The notes: generated by a model not told the origin, from the sequence alone. 47,444 nucleotides of DNA from Candidatus Sericytochromatia bacterium (GCA_035285125.1 JAYKHR010000167.1:1-47444), one strand, 5' to 3'; shown: positions 1 through 8,677, counted from the first letter of the stretch. A program made the numbers and translations.

Positions 1-112
1 GTTTCAGTCCCCTACGGGGAAGAGCCCCAGCCGCGGCGCCCTCGTCGGGCGGTGGGAGGAGGACCAGGAGTACCTGTTTCAGTCCCCTACGGGGAAGAGC
101 CCCAGCCGCGGC
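1..112 (-). CRISPR. Leader-proximal end of a CRISPR array: two identical 37-nt repeats (1-37, 76-112) and one 38-nt spacer (38-75); probably continues left of the window
   Basis: Exact repeat GTTTCAGTCCCCTACGGGGAAGAGCCCCAGCCGCGGC occurs twice. On the minus strand it ends ...TCCCCGTAGGGGACTGAAAC (TCCCC/GGGGA hairpin plus GAAAC 3' handle). cas2 and cas1 lie nearby on the same strand. Confidence 0.95.
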
Positions 113-333
113 TGCCCACCCTCAAACCCGCCTGCGATGCCGACAAAATCGGCTCGTCGCGCAATCAAATGGACAACGGCTGAAACCTGCGAACATTACA
201 CCACCAAATCGACGGGAAATCAAGTCCCAGAGCGACGCGCGCGGAGGTTAAGAAAAACGGCAGCAACCACACCCCAGCCTTGTTTCTATCTTAACAACAC
301 CAAGGCTGCCGCCGCCACCCGCCCGAGCAGGCG
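113..333 (-). promoter_or_regulatory. CRISPR leader with candidate sigma70-type promoters
   Basis: AT-enriched non-coding stretch abutting the repeat. Minus-strand extended -10 TGtTAAGAT at 296-288; alternative TTGATT(223-218)-N17-TGTAAT(200-195). Confidence 0.7.
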
Positions 334-708
334 TCAGGGGATCACCCACGCCCGCACGCCGCCCCGGGCCCTTCGGTCCCGGTCCTCTGCGCCTCTCCGC
401 GGGGGGCGCAGGCAGTGGCCGCATGCGCTGCCGATCCGGGTGGCCTCCTCCGTGGCGAGGAACAGGCCGTCCTTGGTCTGCGTGTAGTACATGCACTTCG
501 GGGTGTGGAAGATGCCGCTGCGCCGGTTGAACCAGACCCGGTCGGGCCACGGCGAGTTGGGCTGTGGCGTCGCCTGGGGCGAAAGCGTCGCGCCCGCCGC
601 CGGCACCCCCACGCCCCCACCCGAGGGCCCCATCGCCAGCGCGAGCACGCTCGCCCCCGCGCACACCCACGCAGCCACCCCATCCCAACGCGATCGCCTC
701 ACTTCCAT
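334..708 (-). CDS. Small exported/membrane protein with a C-terminal H-x3-C...C-x2-C (Ada-like) zinc-binding motif
   Basis: ATG at 708 preceded by AGGAGG. Hydrophobic N-terminus, Pro-rich linker, then VWFNRRSGIFHTPKC...ACGHC. Starts 17 nt after the cas2 stop. Confidence 0.7.
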   Translation of the reverse strand: MEVRRSRWDGVAAWVCAGASVLALAMGPSGGGVGVPAAGATLSPQATPQPNSPWPDRVWFNRRSGIFHTPKCMYYTQTKDGLFLATEEATRIGSACGHCLRPPRRGAEDRDRRARGGVRAWVIP

Positions 709-725
709 AGCTCCGCCTCCTGTCC

Positions 726-1043
726 TCACACCACGATGCAGCCGTCACCCGGCGGCTCGAGAAATCCGTAGGGCACTCCGTGCCGCCGCACCTTGCGGCG
801 ACACTCGACACACATCTCGTAGAACGCCAGCCTGTCCTCCTCGGGATCGAGCTCGGACCTGAGCTCGGCCTCGAACCGGGAAAGGTCCGGCAGTGCCACC
901 AGGCACTCGAACACGCTGAACTGGGATCGCCGGCCCCAGGCCCCGAGGCGCCTCACCAGCCGCCGACGCCGGCGGTCGTCCGCCACGTCGAAGGCCACCG
1001 CGAACCACCGCCGCTCCGGCGCGCGCGCCTCCCGCCCGCTCAC
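726..1043 (-). CDS. cas2: CRISPR-associated endoribonuclease Cas2
   Basis: VAFDVADDRRRRRL...QFSVFEC...DRLAFY...C-x2-C pattern; 105 aa; directly after cas1. Confidence 0.95.
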   Translation of the reverse strand: MSGREARAPERRWFAVAFDVADDRRRRRLVRRLGAWGRRSQFSVFECLVALPDLSRFEAELRSELDPEEDRLAFYEMCVECRRKVRRHGVPYGFLEPPGDGCIVV

Positions 1044-1044
1044 C

Positions 1045-2037
1045 TCAGCGCACCCGCCACGGCTGGTAGGGCTCGTCCGCTGGTGCCTGCATGTGGCGCG
1101 AAAGATGCAGCACCTGCTGCAGAAACGCCGCCCGCAGTGGCCCTGGCGTCCCGCTGCAAGGCAGGGTGATGCGCTCCTCCAGCTTGCGCTCCCACAACGC
1201 GATCAGGGCGCGCCGGTTCTCCATCCCGAGCCTGTGGTCGCCCTCGGGCGTGAGGTCGGCGTGCTCCAGGCGCAGCAACCCGTCCTCGATCGCCGCCAGC
1301 ACCACGCGATCCGCCACCGCGGGGCGCCACTCCTCCATCATATCGCTCGCCAGCGTGGCATGGCCTTCCCGATCCGCGTGGAAAAACCCGAGGTAGGGAT
1401 TGAGCCCGGCCGCAGCAATCGCCCCGGCGATGCGCGAGCGAAGCAGCGCGTACACGAAGTTGAGAGCCGCGTTCACCGGGTCTGGCGCCGGACGGTAACG
1501 CCGCCCGGCAAACCCCCACTGCGCCTCGAGCCCCGCGACCCAGGCCTGAAAGTAGGCCGCAGCCCCAGCCCCCTCCCAGCCACGCAAGGCATCGAGATCG
1601 CCGGCCCGCCCCGTGCCCGCGGCTGCGGCCGCAATTCGCGCCAGGGCGGCTTCCCCCTCGGCGCCACGCGCCGAGCGCCTCAGGACCGTGTGGGCGTTGC
1701 GCAGCTTGGCGTGCACCACCGTTTGCGCCAGCGCGAGGCAGGCCGGCCCGTCCTCGCAGAACCTCAGCTGCGCCCGCTGCACGCGCGCGACCCGGGGGGC
1801 CGGGGGCTCCAGCCGGCCCAGGAACTCTCCCCCGGGCGACAGGTAGGCCACGGGCACCCCGCGCGCAAGGCAGGCCAGCAGCGCCGGCTGGGTCAGGTGG
1901 CACGTCCCCTGCAGCACGACGAGGTCGAGCCACTCGAGGGGCACGCGCGCAGCCTCGTCCCCATCGAGGCGGGCCACCAGCTGCTCGCCCTCGCGCTGGA
2001 CGCGCACGCCATCCTGGGCCAGGTAGAGCGTTGGCAT
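1045..2037 (-). CDS. cas1: CRISPR-associated integrase Cas1
   Basis: TLYL..DG N-terminus, LRGWEG, DPVNAALNFVY, GFFH and LASDMMEEWRP motifs (catalytic E/H/E retained); 330 aa with no RT or Cas4 fusion. Confidence 0.96.
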   Translation of the reverse strand: MPTLYLAQDGVRVQREGEQLVARLDGDEAARVPLEWLDLVVLQGTCHLTQPALLACLARGVPVAYLSPGGEFLGRLEPPAPRVARVQRAQLRFCEDGPACLALAQTVVHAKLRNAHTVLRRSARGAEGEAALARIAAAAAGTGRAGDLDALRGWEGAGAAAYFQAWVAGLEAQWGFAGRRYRPAPDPVNAALNFVYALLRSRIAGAIAAAGLNPYLGFFHADREGHATLASDMMEEWRPAVADRVVLAAIEDGLLRLEHADLTPEGDHRLGMENRRALIALWERKLEERITLPCSGTPGPLRAAFLQQVLHLSRHMQAPADEPYQPWRVR

Positions 2038-2058
2038 AAAATCCTCACAGGAAACACC

Positions 2059-2150
2059 ACTCTACCATGACGATCCCCAAATAAATAAACAAGGAAACGC
2101 GTTTAAGCGAGAAGATATGAAAATAAAAATCCAATCCGGCAAAAACACTT
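2059..2150 (-). promoter_or_regulatory. AT-rich promoter region of cas1
   Basis: Strongly AT-rich island in a very GC-rich background; extended -10 TGgTAGAGT at 2067-2059; GAGGA RBS just upstream of the cas1 ATG. Confidence 0.55.
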
Positions 2151-2342
2151 CGCGTGATTGACGGCCCGACCGCAAGATCTCGCCCGCCCAGGCAGCCGAG
2201 GCGCTGGTGGTGCAGCTCATGCGCCTGCGAAGCCCCCCCCGGCGGTGCTCTCCTGGTGCCTCAACTGCCGGCCACGGCCCCAAGGCGCGAAACGGCCCCC
2301 TGCCAGCAGGGCAACAGGGCCTCGCACCGATCCCTGGCACCC

Positions 2343-2810
2343 CTACGTTCGCCCCCCCGCTCCCCCACTCACCCGCACCAACCCCACCCCCAACGCCCCC
2401 GCACACCGCTCCGGCGGGTGCTCGGCCAGCGCCGCCGCCATCCGCTCCATCGCGTGCGGCGGCACGACCCGCGCCCGCGCCGCATTGCGGGCCAGGCAGA
2501 CGTCGTAGGGCGTGTCGAGGAGCACCAGGCGCACCTCGTAGCCCGCGGCCCGGAAGCGCTCCACGAGGTCCTTGCGGTGGGCGGGCACGAGGTTGGTGTC
2601 CGACACCACCACGGGGCGCCCCGCCGCGACGGCGGCCGCGAGCCGCGCGTCGCGCAGGGCGAGCGCCTCGCGCGTCACGTCCTGGTTGCCGGCGTCCCCG
2701 CTGACGGCCTCGCGGCAGGCGTCGAGGTTGAGCTCCTCGAAGCCCTCCAGTGTCCGGGCGTAGGTGGACTTGCCGGCGGCCGGCAAACCGATGGTGATCA
2801 GGGCGATCAT
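2343..2810 (-). CDS. AAA_33-type P-loop kinase (resembles the 5'-polynucleotide kinase domain of Pnkp)
   Basis: GLPAAGKST Walker A, followed by LDACR, VVSDTN and CLARNAAR..VP motifs; 155 aa. Confidence 0.85.
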   Translation of the reverse strand: MIALITIGLPAAGKSTYARTLEGFEELNLDACREAVSGDAGNQDVTREALALRDARLAAAVAAGRPVVVSDTNLVPAHRKDLVERFRAAGYEVRLVLLDTPYDVCLARNAARARVVPPHAMERMAAALAEHPPERCAGALGVGLVRVSGGAGGRT

Positions 2811-3027
2811 GGCGGAAGAGGGGTCCTTTCAGGGCCGGGGCAGCCCCATCATAGCGCCCGGGGGCGAGGGTTCCCGACGCGCCCCCTCCGGTTCTCCCTG
2901 CCTTCGGCCGCCCGGCTACCCGAGCGGGTGTAAGCCCCGGAGGCCAGCCCCCTCAGGGCTACCCGAACCCCAGCCAGCCGCACCCCGTGCCTTGAGAGGG
3001 GGACGGCCCCAAGGGCCAGCCCCCCCC

Positions 3028-4833
3028 TCAAGGCCCCCCGAACACCTTCCGGTAGAACGCCCAGTGCGTGTCGCCCAGCCCCTGGATCAGCGCCGGCACC
3101 ACGTGGGCCGCGCCCGGCACCATGTGGTAATCGTGCGGCACGCCGAGGGCCTGCAGGTGCTCGTGGAACGCCACGTTCTTGGCGTAGGACCCGTCCTTGT
3201 CCCCCACCACCACCCGCAGCGGGCCGAAGGTCTTGAGCGCCGCGACGTTGGCCTCGGCCAGCCGCCACGGGCTGACGGCCTGGTAGAAGGGCAGGTCGCC
3301 GTACACGTAGGCCATCAGGAAGGCGCGGCTTTCCGGCTCGGAGCTGGCCCTGGCGCCCTCGAAGGCGAGGTCGAGCGGGCCGCCCGCGAACATCGAGATG
3401 CCGGCGAACAGCGTGTGGTGCTTGAAGCCGAGGCGACCGGCGCCGTAGCCCCCCATGCTGAAGCCCTCGAGCAGCCGCCCGGCCCGCGTCGCGTTCGTGC
3501 GGTACGCCTGGTCGACGTGGGGGATGAAATCGTCGATGACCATCGACTCCACCTTCCGGGCCTGGTCGAAGGAGTCCACCCACATCCCGCGCGGCAGCCC
3601 GTTGGGGAACACCACGATCATGGGCGGGACCTTCTGCGCCCGGATCGCGTCGTCGAACAGCTTCGCGAGCTGCGCGAGGCCGCCCTCGCCGCCCCCCGTG
3701 CCGTGGAGCCAGTACACCACCGGGAAGCGCCGCGTGGGCTCGGCCGCATAGGCCGGCGGCGTGTAGACGTGGTAGCTCACGTCCGCGCCCGCGGCCGCGC
3801 TGCGGAAGGTCTTGTAGGCCAGCCCGGGCCCCGTGACGGCCTGGCGGACCCAGGCGAACTCGTCAGGCTGCGGCGTGGGCGCGGGCGCGCCAGCGGGCTG
3901 GGGGGCGGCCGAGGGCGCGGCGGAGGCGGCCTGCGGCGGGCTCGCGGGAGGCAGCGACGCGGAACCGACAGGGGGCAGCGACGCCGACCCGGCGGGCGGC
4001 GCAAGCGAGGCCCCGGGGGCCACCGGCGGAGCGTCCGCGCCGGTCCCGGCGGGCCCGCGCGCCAGCTCGGCCCGCAGGGCCTCCATCCCCGCCTTCACGA
4101 CGCGCAGCTCCTCCTGCACCTGGGTCAGGGTGGTGCGCAGCTCCTGGTGCTGCTGCACGAGCTGCCGCAGCTGGTCGCGGACCTGCGCCGCGTCCGTGAA
4201 GTCCGGCACCTTGCCGGCCCGCAGCAGGCCCCCGACGCGCGCCCGCAGCGCCTGGAACCGCGCCGGGTTGAGCTCCCCGAGGTCGCCGCCGGGCAGGCCC
4301 TCCAGCACCCCCGAGGTGACCATCGTGCTCGCAGGGTCGATGGCCGCGCTCGCGCCGAGCTCCGTGACCTTCACCAGGGTCCGGAGGCTCGCCAGCTTGC
4401 CGCCCGTCGCCGGCAGCTCGGCCACGACCATGTAGCTGTAGCCCGGCGGCACCTGCGCGAAGGTGTAGCGCCCCTGCGAGTCGGTACGGACCTCCGCGAG
4501 GCCCGGCAGCGCGGCGCCCGCGGCATCGGCCAGGTACACGCGGACCCCGGCCGCCGGCCGCAGCGTCAGCGGCCTACCGGCCTCAGCCTGGCGCAGCGCG
4601 TAGGCGGCGGCCTCGTCGGCAGCGACCTCCACCGTGCCCGTCAGCGCCACCCGCGGCGCTGGCGTGGCCCGGGGGGCCTTGCTGGCCGGCGCAGGCGTCG
4701 GCGCGGCAGGCTCGGCCGGCCCCTGACAACCGGCGGCCAGGATGGCGGCAGCCAACGCTGCAGCCGACCACGTGCGCCGCGCGCCCCCCGATGCGCTGCT
4801 GGACCTCACCACGTTTCGTGCCTCCTCCGTCAT
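3028..4833 (-). CDS. Lipoprotein with an N-terminal beta-sandwich module, coiled coil, Pro/Ala linker and C-terminal alpha/beta-hydrolase (putative esterase)
   Basis: Lipobox LAAGC; TDSQGRYTF; VYTPPAY..FPVVYWLHG; nucleophile elbow GFSMGG; GDKD and GAAH as candidate triad residues. Confidence 0.85.
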   Translation of the reverse strand: MTEEARNVVRSSSASGGARRTWSAAALAAAILAAGCQGPAEPAAPTPAPASKAPRATPAPRVALTGTVEVAADEAAAYALRQAEAGRPLTLRPAAGVRVYLADAAGAALPGLAEVRTDSQGRYTFAQVPPGYSYMVVAELPATGGKLASLRTLVKVTELGASAAIDPASTMVTSGVLEGLPGGDLGELNPARFQALRARVGGLLRAGKVPDFTDAAQVRDQLRQLVQQHQELRTTLTQVQEELRVVKAGMEALRAELARGPAGTGADAPPVAPGASLAPPAGSASLPPVGSASLPPASPPQAASAAPSAAPQPAGAPAPTPQPDEFAWVRQAVTGPGLAYKTFRSAAAGADVSYHVYTPPAYAAEPTRRFPVVYWLHGTGGGEGGLAQLAKLFDDAIRAQKVPPMIVVFPNGLPRGMWVDSFDQARKVESMVIDDFIPHVDQAYRTNATRAGRLLEGFSMGGYGAGRLGFKHHTLFAGISMFAGGPLDLAFEGARASSEPESRAFLMAYVYGDLPFYQAVSPWRLAEANVAALKTFGPLRVVVGDKDGSYAKNVAFHEHLQALGVPHDYHMVPGAAHVVPALIQGLGDTHWAFYRKVFGGP

Positions 4834-4966
4834 CGGGCGCCCGCCACCCGGGCCGATCGCCCCTCGCAGCGGGGGCCTTCACCGCCGGGAAGCACCGGCC
4901 AGCGCCCCCGCGCCACCGGCGTTGTACCCACGCAACAGGCGAGGCCGCCGGCCGGCGCGCCGCCCC

Positions 4967-5926
4967 TCAGGCCAGCCCCACCAGCTGCCGGCTCACCGCG
5001 TCGAGGCGCTCGGCCGCGGCATCGTCGTGGGCGTGGGGGCTCGGCGAATGCAGCGGCCAGCCCCCCGCGTTGGCCGCGCGCTCCCGGTAAAGCCCGGTCT
5101 GGCTGAAGAAGGCCCCGGCGTGGGCCGGCACCTCCGGCGAGAGCAGCGCGTACAGGGTGCTCTGGGTGCCTTCCCACGGCTCCAGCATGCCCGCCAGGCG
5201 CAAGAAGGGCTTGAGCGCCACGTCCTGCACCCACACGGGCATCGACTGGCCGATGAGGTTGGTGCGCACCCAGCCCGGGTGCACGCTGACGGCCGTGACG
5301 CCGGTGCCCGCGAGCCGCCTCGCCAGGTGCCGGGCATGCAGCACGTTGGCGAGCTTCGACTGCGCGTAGGCCGTCCAGCCGTCGTAGCGCCGGCGCTCGA
5401 AGTGGAGGTCGTCGAAGTCGATCACGCCCTCGCGGCCGAAGGCCTTGTCGTGGTAGGCGCTGGAGACGTTCACGACGCGGGAGGGGGCACCCGCCTGCAG
5501 CGCGGGCAGCAACAGCTCCGTCAGCAGGTAGTGGCCGAGGTGGTTGGTGCCGAGCTGGGTCTCGAAGCCGTCGACGGTCTTGCCCGGCGGCGTGTTCATG
5601 ACGCCGGCGTTGTTGACGAGGCCGTGGAGGCGAGCGTTGGCCGCCAGGAAGCCGGCCGCGAAGGCCCGCACGGAGGCGAGGCTGGCGAGGTCGAGCGTGG
5701 CCACCTCGACGCTCCCGCGCGGCGACCCGGCGAGGATCTCGGCGCGCACCCGCTCCCCCTCGGCGGGCCGGCGGCACGCGAGGATCACGCGGGCGCCCTG
5801 CTTCGCGAGCTGCTGCACCGTGACGAGGCCGATGCCGGAGTTGCCCCCCGTCACGACGTGGGTCTGCCCAGCGAGGTCGGCGGCGAGCAGCTCCGGGGGG
5901 CACATCAGGGGGCGGGGCATCAGCAT
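4967..5926 (-). CDS. Short-chain dehydrogenase/reductase, retinol dehydrogenase/WWOX-like subfamily
   Basis: TGGNSGIG, NNAG, TNHLGH, YAQSK and HPGWVRT motifs. ATG 5926 has an AGGAG RBS; the upstream part of the 1217-aa track ORF is antisense noise. Confidence 0.92.
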   Translation of the reverse strand: MLMPRPLMCPPELLAADLAGQTHVVTGGNSGIGLVTVQQLAKQGARVILACRRPAEGERVRAEILAGSPRGSVEVATLDLASLASVRAFAAGFLAANARLHGLVNNAGVMNTPPGKTVDGFETQLGTNHLGHYLLTELLLPALQAGAPSRVVNVSSAYHDKAFGREGVIDFDDLHFERRRYDGWTAYAQSKLANVLHARHLARRLAGTGVTAVSVHPGWVRTNLIGQSMPVWVQDVALKPFLRLAGMLEPWEGTQSTLYALLSPEVPAHAGAFFSQTGLYRERAANAGGWPLHSPSPHAHDDAAAERLDAVSRQLVGLA

Positions 5927-6140
5927 CGGGGTGGCTCCTGGCTCGGGGCGGTGGCAAGAGGGCGGCTTGCCCTGAGCCCCATTGAACCACCTGGGGGGGC
6001 ATCGCGCACGCCCCCCCCCGGGCCCGCTGCCGGGGGGTGACGCGGCCCTGTCCCCGCCCGGCAGGCTGCCCTGGCAACCCGGCGTGGACGGGTGGCGCTT
6101 GCTCGCCGTCGGGGCAGGCCAGCCGGCCTGCGTCGCGGCC

Positions 6141-6303
6141 GCCTGCGTCAACATCGTGGTCGCCGCCAACGCGGGCCGGGGCCTTCTCGCCCTTCGGCGC
6201 CATCGCCGCGTTGTTCGCCGTGCTCGCCGTGAACCCGGACCTGCCCGTCGGGCAGTGGCTGCTCGTGACGCTGACGGCGGGCGTCGGCGGCTCGCTGCTG
6301 TCG
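6141..6303 (+). pseudogene. nhaD: Collapsed relic of an NhaD-type Na+/H+ antiporter gene
   Basis: Reads ACVNIVVAANAG [+1 frameshift] GAFSPFGAI...LFAVLAVNPDLPVGQWLLVTLTAGVGGSLLS. These are two NhaD signature segments that are normally far apart. No start codon or flanking coding sequence. Confidence 0.75.
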
Positions 6304-6324
6304 AGGGGTGGGGCCCGGCCGGCC

Positions 6325-7047
6325 TCAATCCCCGCCCGCGTGCCCCCGCCCCGGCTCCGCCCCGACGTCCGGGGCGAACAGCAGCGTCAGCACGGCGACG
6401 TGGTCGTGTGCCCACCCCAGGACGGCGTCCGGCCGCTGGCGCCACATGTACTCCGTCGTGAGGCGCGTCCCCCGGTTCAGCACGCGCGCCACGCCGACCG
6501 TGAGGCGGCTCTGGACGAGGGCGTAAGGGGCAATGGGGCGCAGGTCCCAGGCCAGCTCCTGCGAGGCCGTCGGCCACCAGCCCCACGCGGCCGGCTGGTA
6601 GGTGACGCGCAGCTGGTTCCGGTAGCGCAGCCAGGCCTCGGTGGGCGTCATGCGCCACTCGAGGCGGTTGCGGTCGTTGAGGTGCCAATCGCCGACGGCG
6701 CCCTGCACGTTGGGCTCGGCCTCGAGGCGCAGCATCTGGTTGAACAGCCCCGTGGGCGCCTGCTCCGCGTAGGCGCTCGCTTGCAGCCCGAGCAGCAGCC
6801 ACGGCGTGACCTGCCACAGCGGGCCGACGCGCAGGCTCGACACGCCGAGGCCGCCGTAGCGGTAGGCGAAGCGGCTGCTGGAAACGGCGCGCAGGGCGCG
6901 GGGGCTCAGGGGCGACGCGCGCTCCACCGGCACGCGCACCTCCAGCACGTTCCAGGACTCGGCGTCGGCCCGGGCCGGCAAGGCCGGCAGCAGCACGCCC
7001 GCCAAGGCCAGCGGCAGCAGCCACCGGATTGCAGTGCGTCTCTCCAT
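6325..7047 (-). CDS. Outer-membrane beta-barrel protein, DUF2490-like
   Basis: Signal peptide ending ARA, alternating beta-strand pattern, DRNRLEWR and LRYRNQLRV motifs; GGAGG RBS. Confidence 0.75.
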   Translation of the reverse strand: MERRTAIRWLLPLALAGVLLPALPARADAESWNVLEVRVPVERASPLSPRALRAVSSSRFAYRYGGLGVSSLRVGPLWQVTPWLLLGLQASAYAEQAPTGLFNQMLRLEAEPNVQGAVGDWHLNDRNRLEWRMTPTEAWLRYRNQLRVTYQPAAWGWWPTASQELAWDLRPIAPYALVQSRLTVGVARVLNRGTRLTTEYMWRQRPDAVLGWAHDHVAVLTLLFAPDVGAEPGRGHAGGD

Positions 7048-7174
7048 CGAGCAGCTCCCTCCACGCGGCCAAGCGTCGGGCGACGCGCGAGCCACCGGCC
7101 CGCCCCGGGCTCATACCCGGCGCGACGCCCCCAGGCTCGCCCGGGGTAAGACTCCCTCGGAAGGATCTCCGCCG

Positions 7175-8653
7175 ATGCCCGCACCTGCCACCGCGACCCG
7201 CACCCTCGCCTTCAACCGCGCGGTGGAGGCCTCCCCGGGCGCGCTCGACCTCACCGTCGCCGCGGGCCGCATCGCCGGCACGGTGCCGGCCGCGCTCCGG
7301 GGCGGCACCCTGCTCGCGAACGGGCCCGGCTGGACGCGCATCGGGGGGCGCCTCGCCCACCCGTTCGATGGGCACGGCTACGTGCGGGCCTTCGACTTCC
7401 TGCCCGACGGCGGCTGCCGGCTGCGCGCGCGCTTCGTCGAGACCCGCGTCTACCGCGACGAGGCGGCGGCGGGCCGGCTCCTGCACCGGGGGCTCGCCAC
7501 CAACCGCGGCCCGCGCTTCTGGCACAACCTCGGCCCCGGACAGCCCCGCAACGTCGCCAACACGTCCATCTACGCCTGGGCCGGGCGCCTGCTGGCCGCC
7601 TGGGAGGGCGGGCTGCCCCACGCGCTGGACCCGCAAACGCTCGCCACCCTCGGCGAGGAGACCTTCGACGGCACCCTCGCGGGGCAGGCGATCCTCGCCC
7701 ACATGCGCCACGACGCGGGCCAGGGGCGGCTCGTCTCGTGTGCCCTCAAGATGGGTCGCGACACGGGCCTGACCTTCCGCGAGCACGACGCGGCGGGCCG
7801 CGTGGTCGCCACGCACCCAGCGACGCTCCCAGGGATGCGCTTCACCCACGACTTCGCCCTGACCCCCGGCTGGTTCGTCGTCGGCGACAACCCCCTGCGC
7901 CTCCGCCCGGCCGGCCTCGTGGGCCTGCTGGTGGGGACGGGCACGCTGCTCGGGGCCGTGACGCCAGACAACGGGGCGCCGGGCCGGCTGCACCTCGTCG
8001 CGCGCGACGGCTCCGGGCGGACGCGGGCGGTGCGCCTGCCGGACCGGGCCCACGTGTTGCACTTCAGCAACGCCTTCGAGCGGGACGGCGCGGTGATCGT
8101 GGACGCCTGCGCCTTTTCGCGCCTCACGCTCGGGGACGAGTTCGGCTACACCGGGCCGGACACCCTGTTCGACCCGGCCCTGCCCGAGGCGCGGGGCCCG
8201 CAGCGCCTCTACCGCATCACCATCCCCGCGGGCGCCACCGAGGCCACCTGGGAGCTGCTCACGCCCCACGGCGTGGACTTCCCGCGCATCCACCCGGCCC
8301 ACGACGGGCTGGACACGCCGCGCCTCTTCGGGGCGACGCGCCGCGACCCGCGTTTCAGCGACCCGTTCGACTCCGTGATCGGGCTCGACCTGCGCGACCG
8401 CGAGCGCCCCGCCGACCTCTACACCGTCGCGGACCCCCACACCTTCGTCGGCGAGCCCATCTTCGTGCCGGACCCGGCCGACCCCGCCGCAGGGCACGTG
8501 CTCGCGATGCTGACAGACGGCGGCCGGGAGGCCTCCACCCTGGCCATCTTCGACGCCACGGCCCTCGCCCGCGGCCCCGTCGCCCGCGTGCCGCTGCCGC
8601 TGCTGCCGCTGGCGTTCCACGGGGCCTGGCTGCCGGCCGGCGCCGCGGGCTGA
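7175..8653 (+). CDS. Carotenoid oxygenase (RPE65/CCD family)
   Basis: NGPG, HPFDGHG, NVANT and EGGLP motifs; four Fe-ligand His (AHMR, THDF, LHFSN, FHGAW); EPIFVP. Confidence 0.93.
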   Translation: MPAPATATRTLAFNRAVEASPGALDLTVAAGRIAGTVPAALRGGTLLANGPGWTRIGGRLAHPFDGHGYVRAFDFLPDGGCRLRARFVETRVYRDEAAAGRLLHRGLATNRGPRFWHNLGPGQPRNVANTSIYAWAGRLLAAWEGGLPHALDPQTLATLGEETFDGTLAGQAILAHMRHDAGQGRLVSCALKMGRDTGLTFREHDAAGRVVATHPATLPGMRFTHDFALTPGWFVVGDNPLRLRPAGLVGLLVGTGTLLGAVTPDNGAPGRLHLVARDGSGRTRAVRLPDRAHVLHFSNAFERDGAVIVDACAFSRLTLGDEFGYTGPDTLFDPALPEARGPQRLYRITIPAGATEATWELLTPHGVDFPRIHPAHDGLDTPRLFGATRRDPRFSDPFDSVIGLDLRDRERPADLYTVADPHTFVGEPIFVPDPADPAAGHVLAMLTDGGREASTLAIFDATALARGPVARVPLPLLPLAFHGAWLPAGAAG

Positions 8654-8677
8654 GGCCGGGCGGCGCGCGGCCCGGCC

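Noticed and set aside
2038..2342. Possible tracrRNA/anti-repeat or small gene upstream of cas1
   Set aside because: No extended complementarity to the repeat found by eye. The coding-like stretch DRKISPAQAAEALVVQLMRLR has an in-frame stop just before it and no RBS.
2764..8620. Very long track ORFs (780 aa at 2764-5106 +; upstream 900 aa of 4967-8620 -)
   Set aside because: They are antisense shadows of real genes. Stops are scarce at this GC content, and the translations are Arg/Gly/Pro-rich with no motifs.
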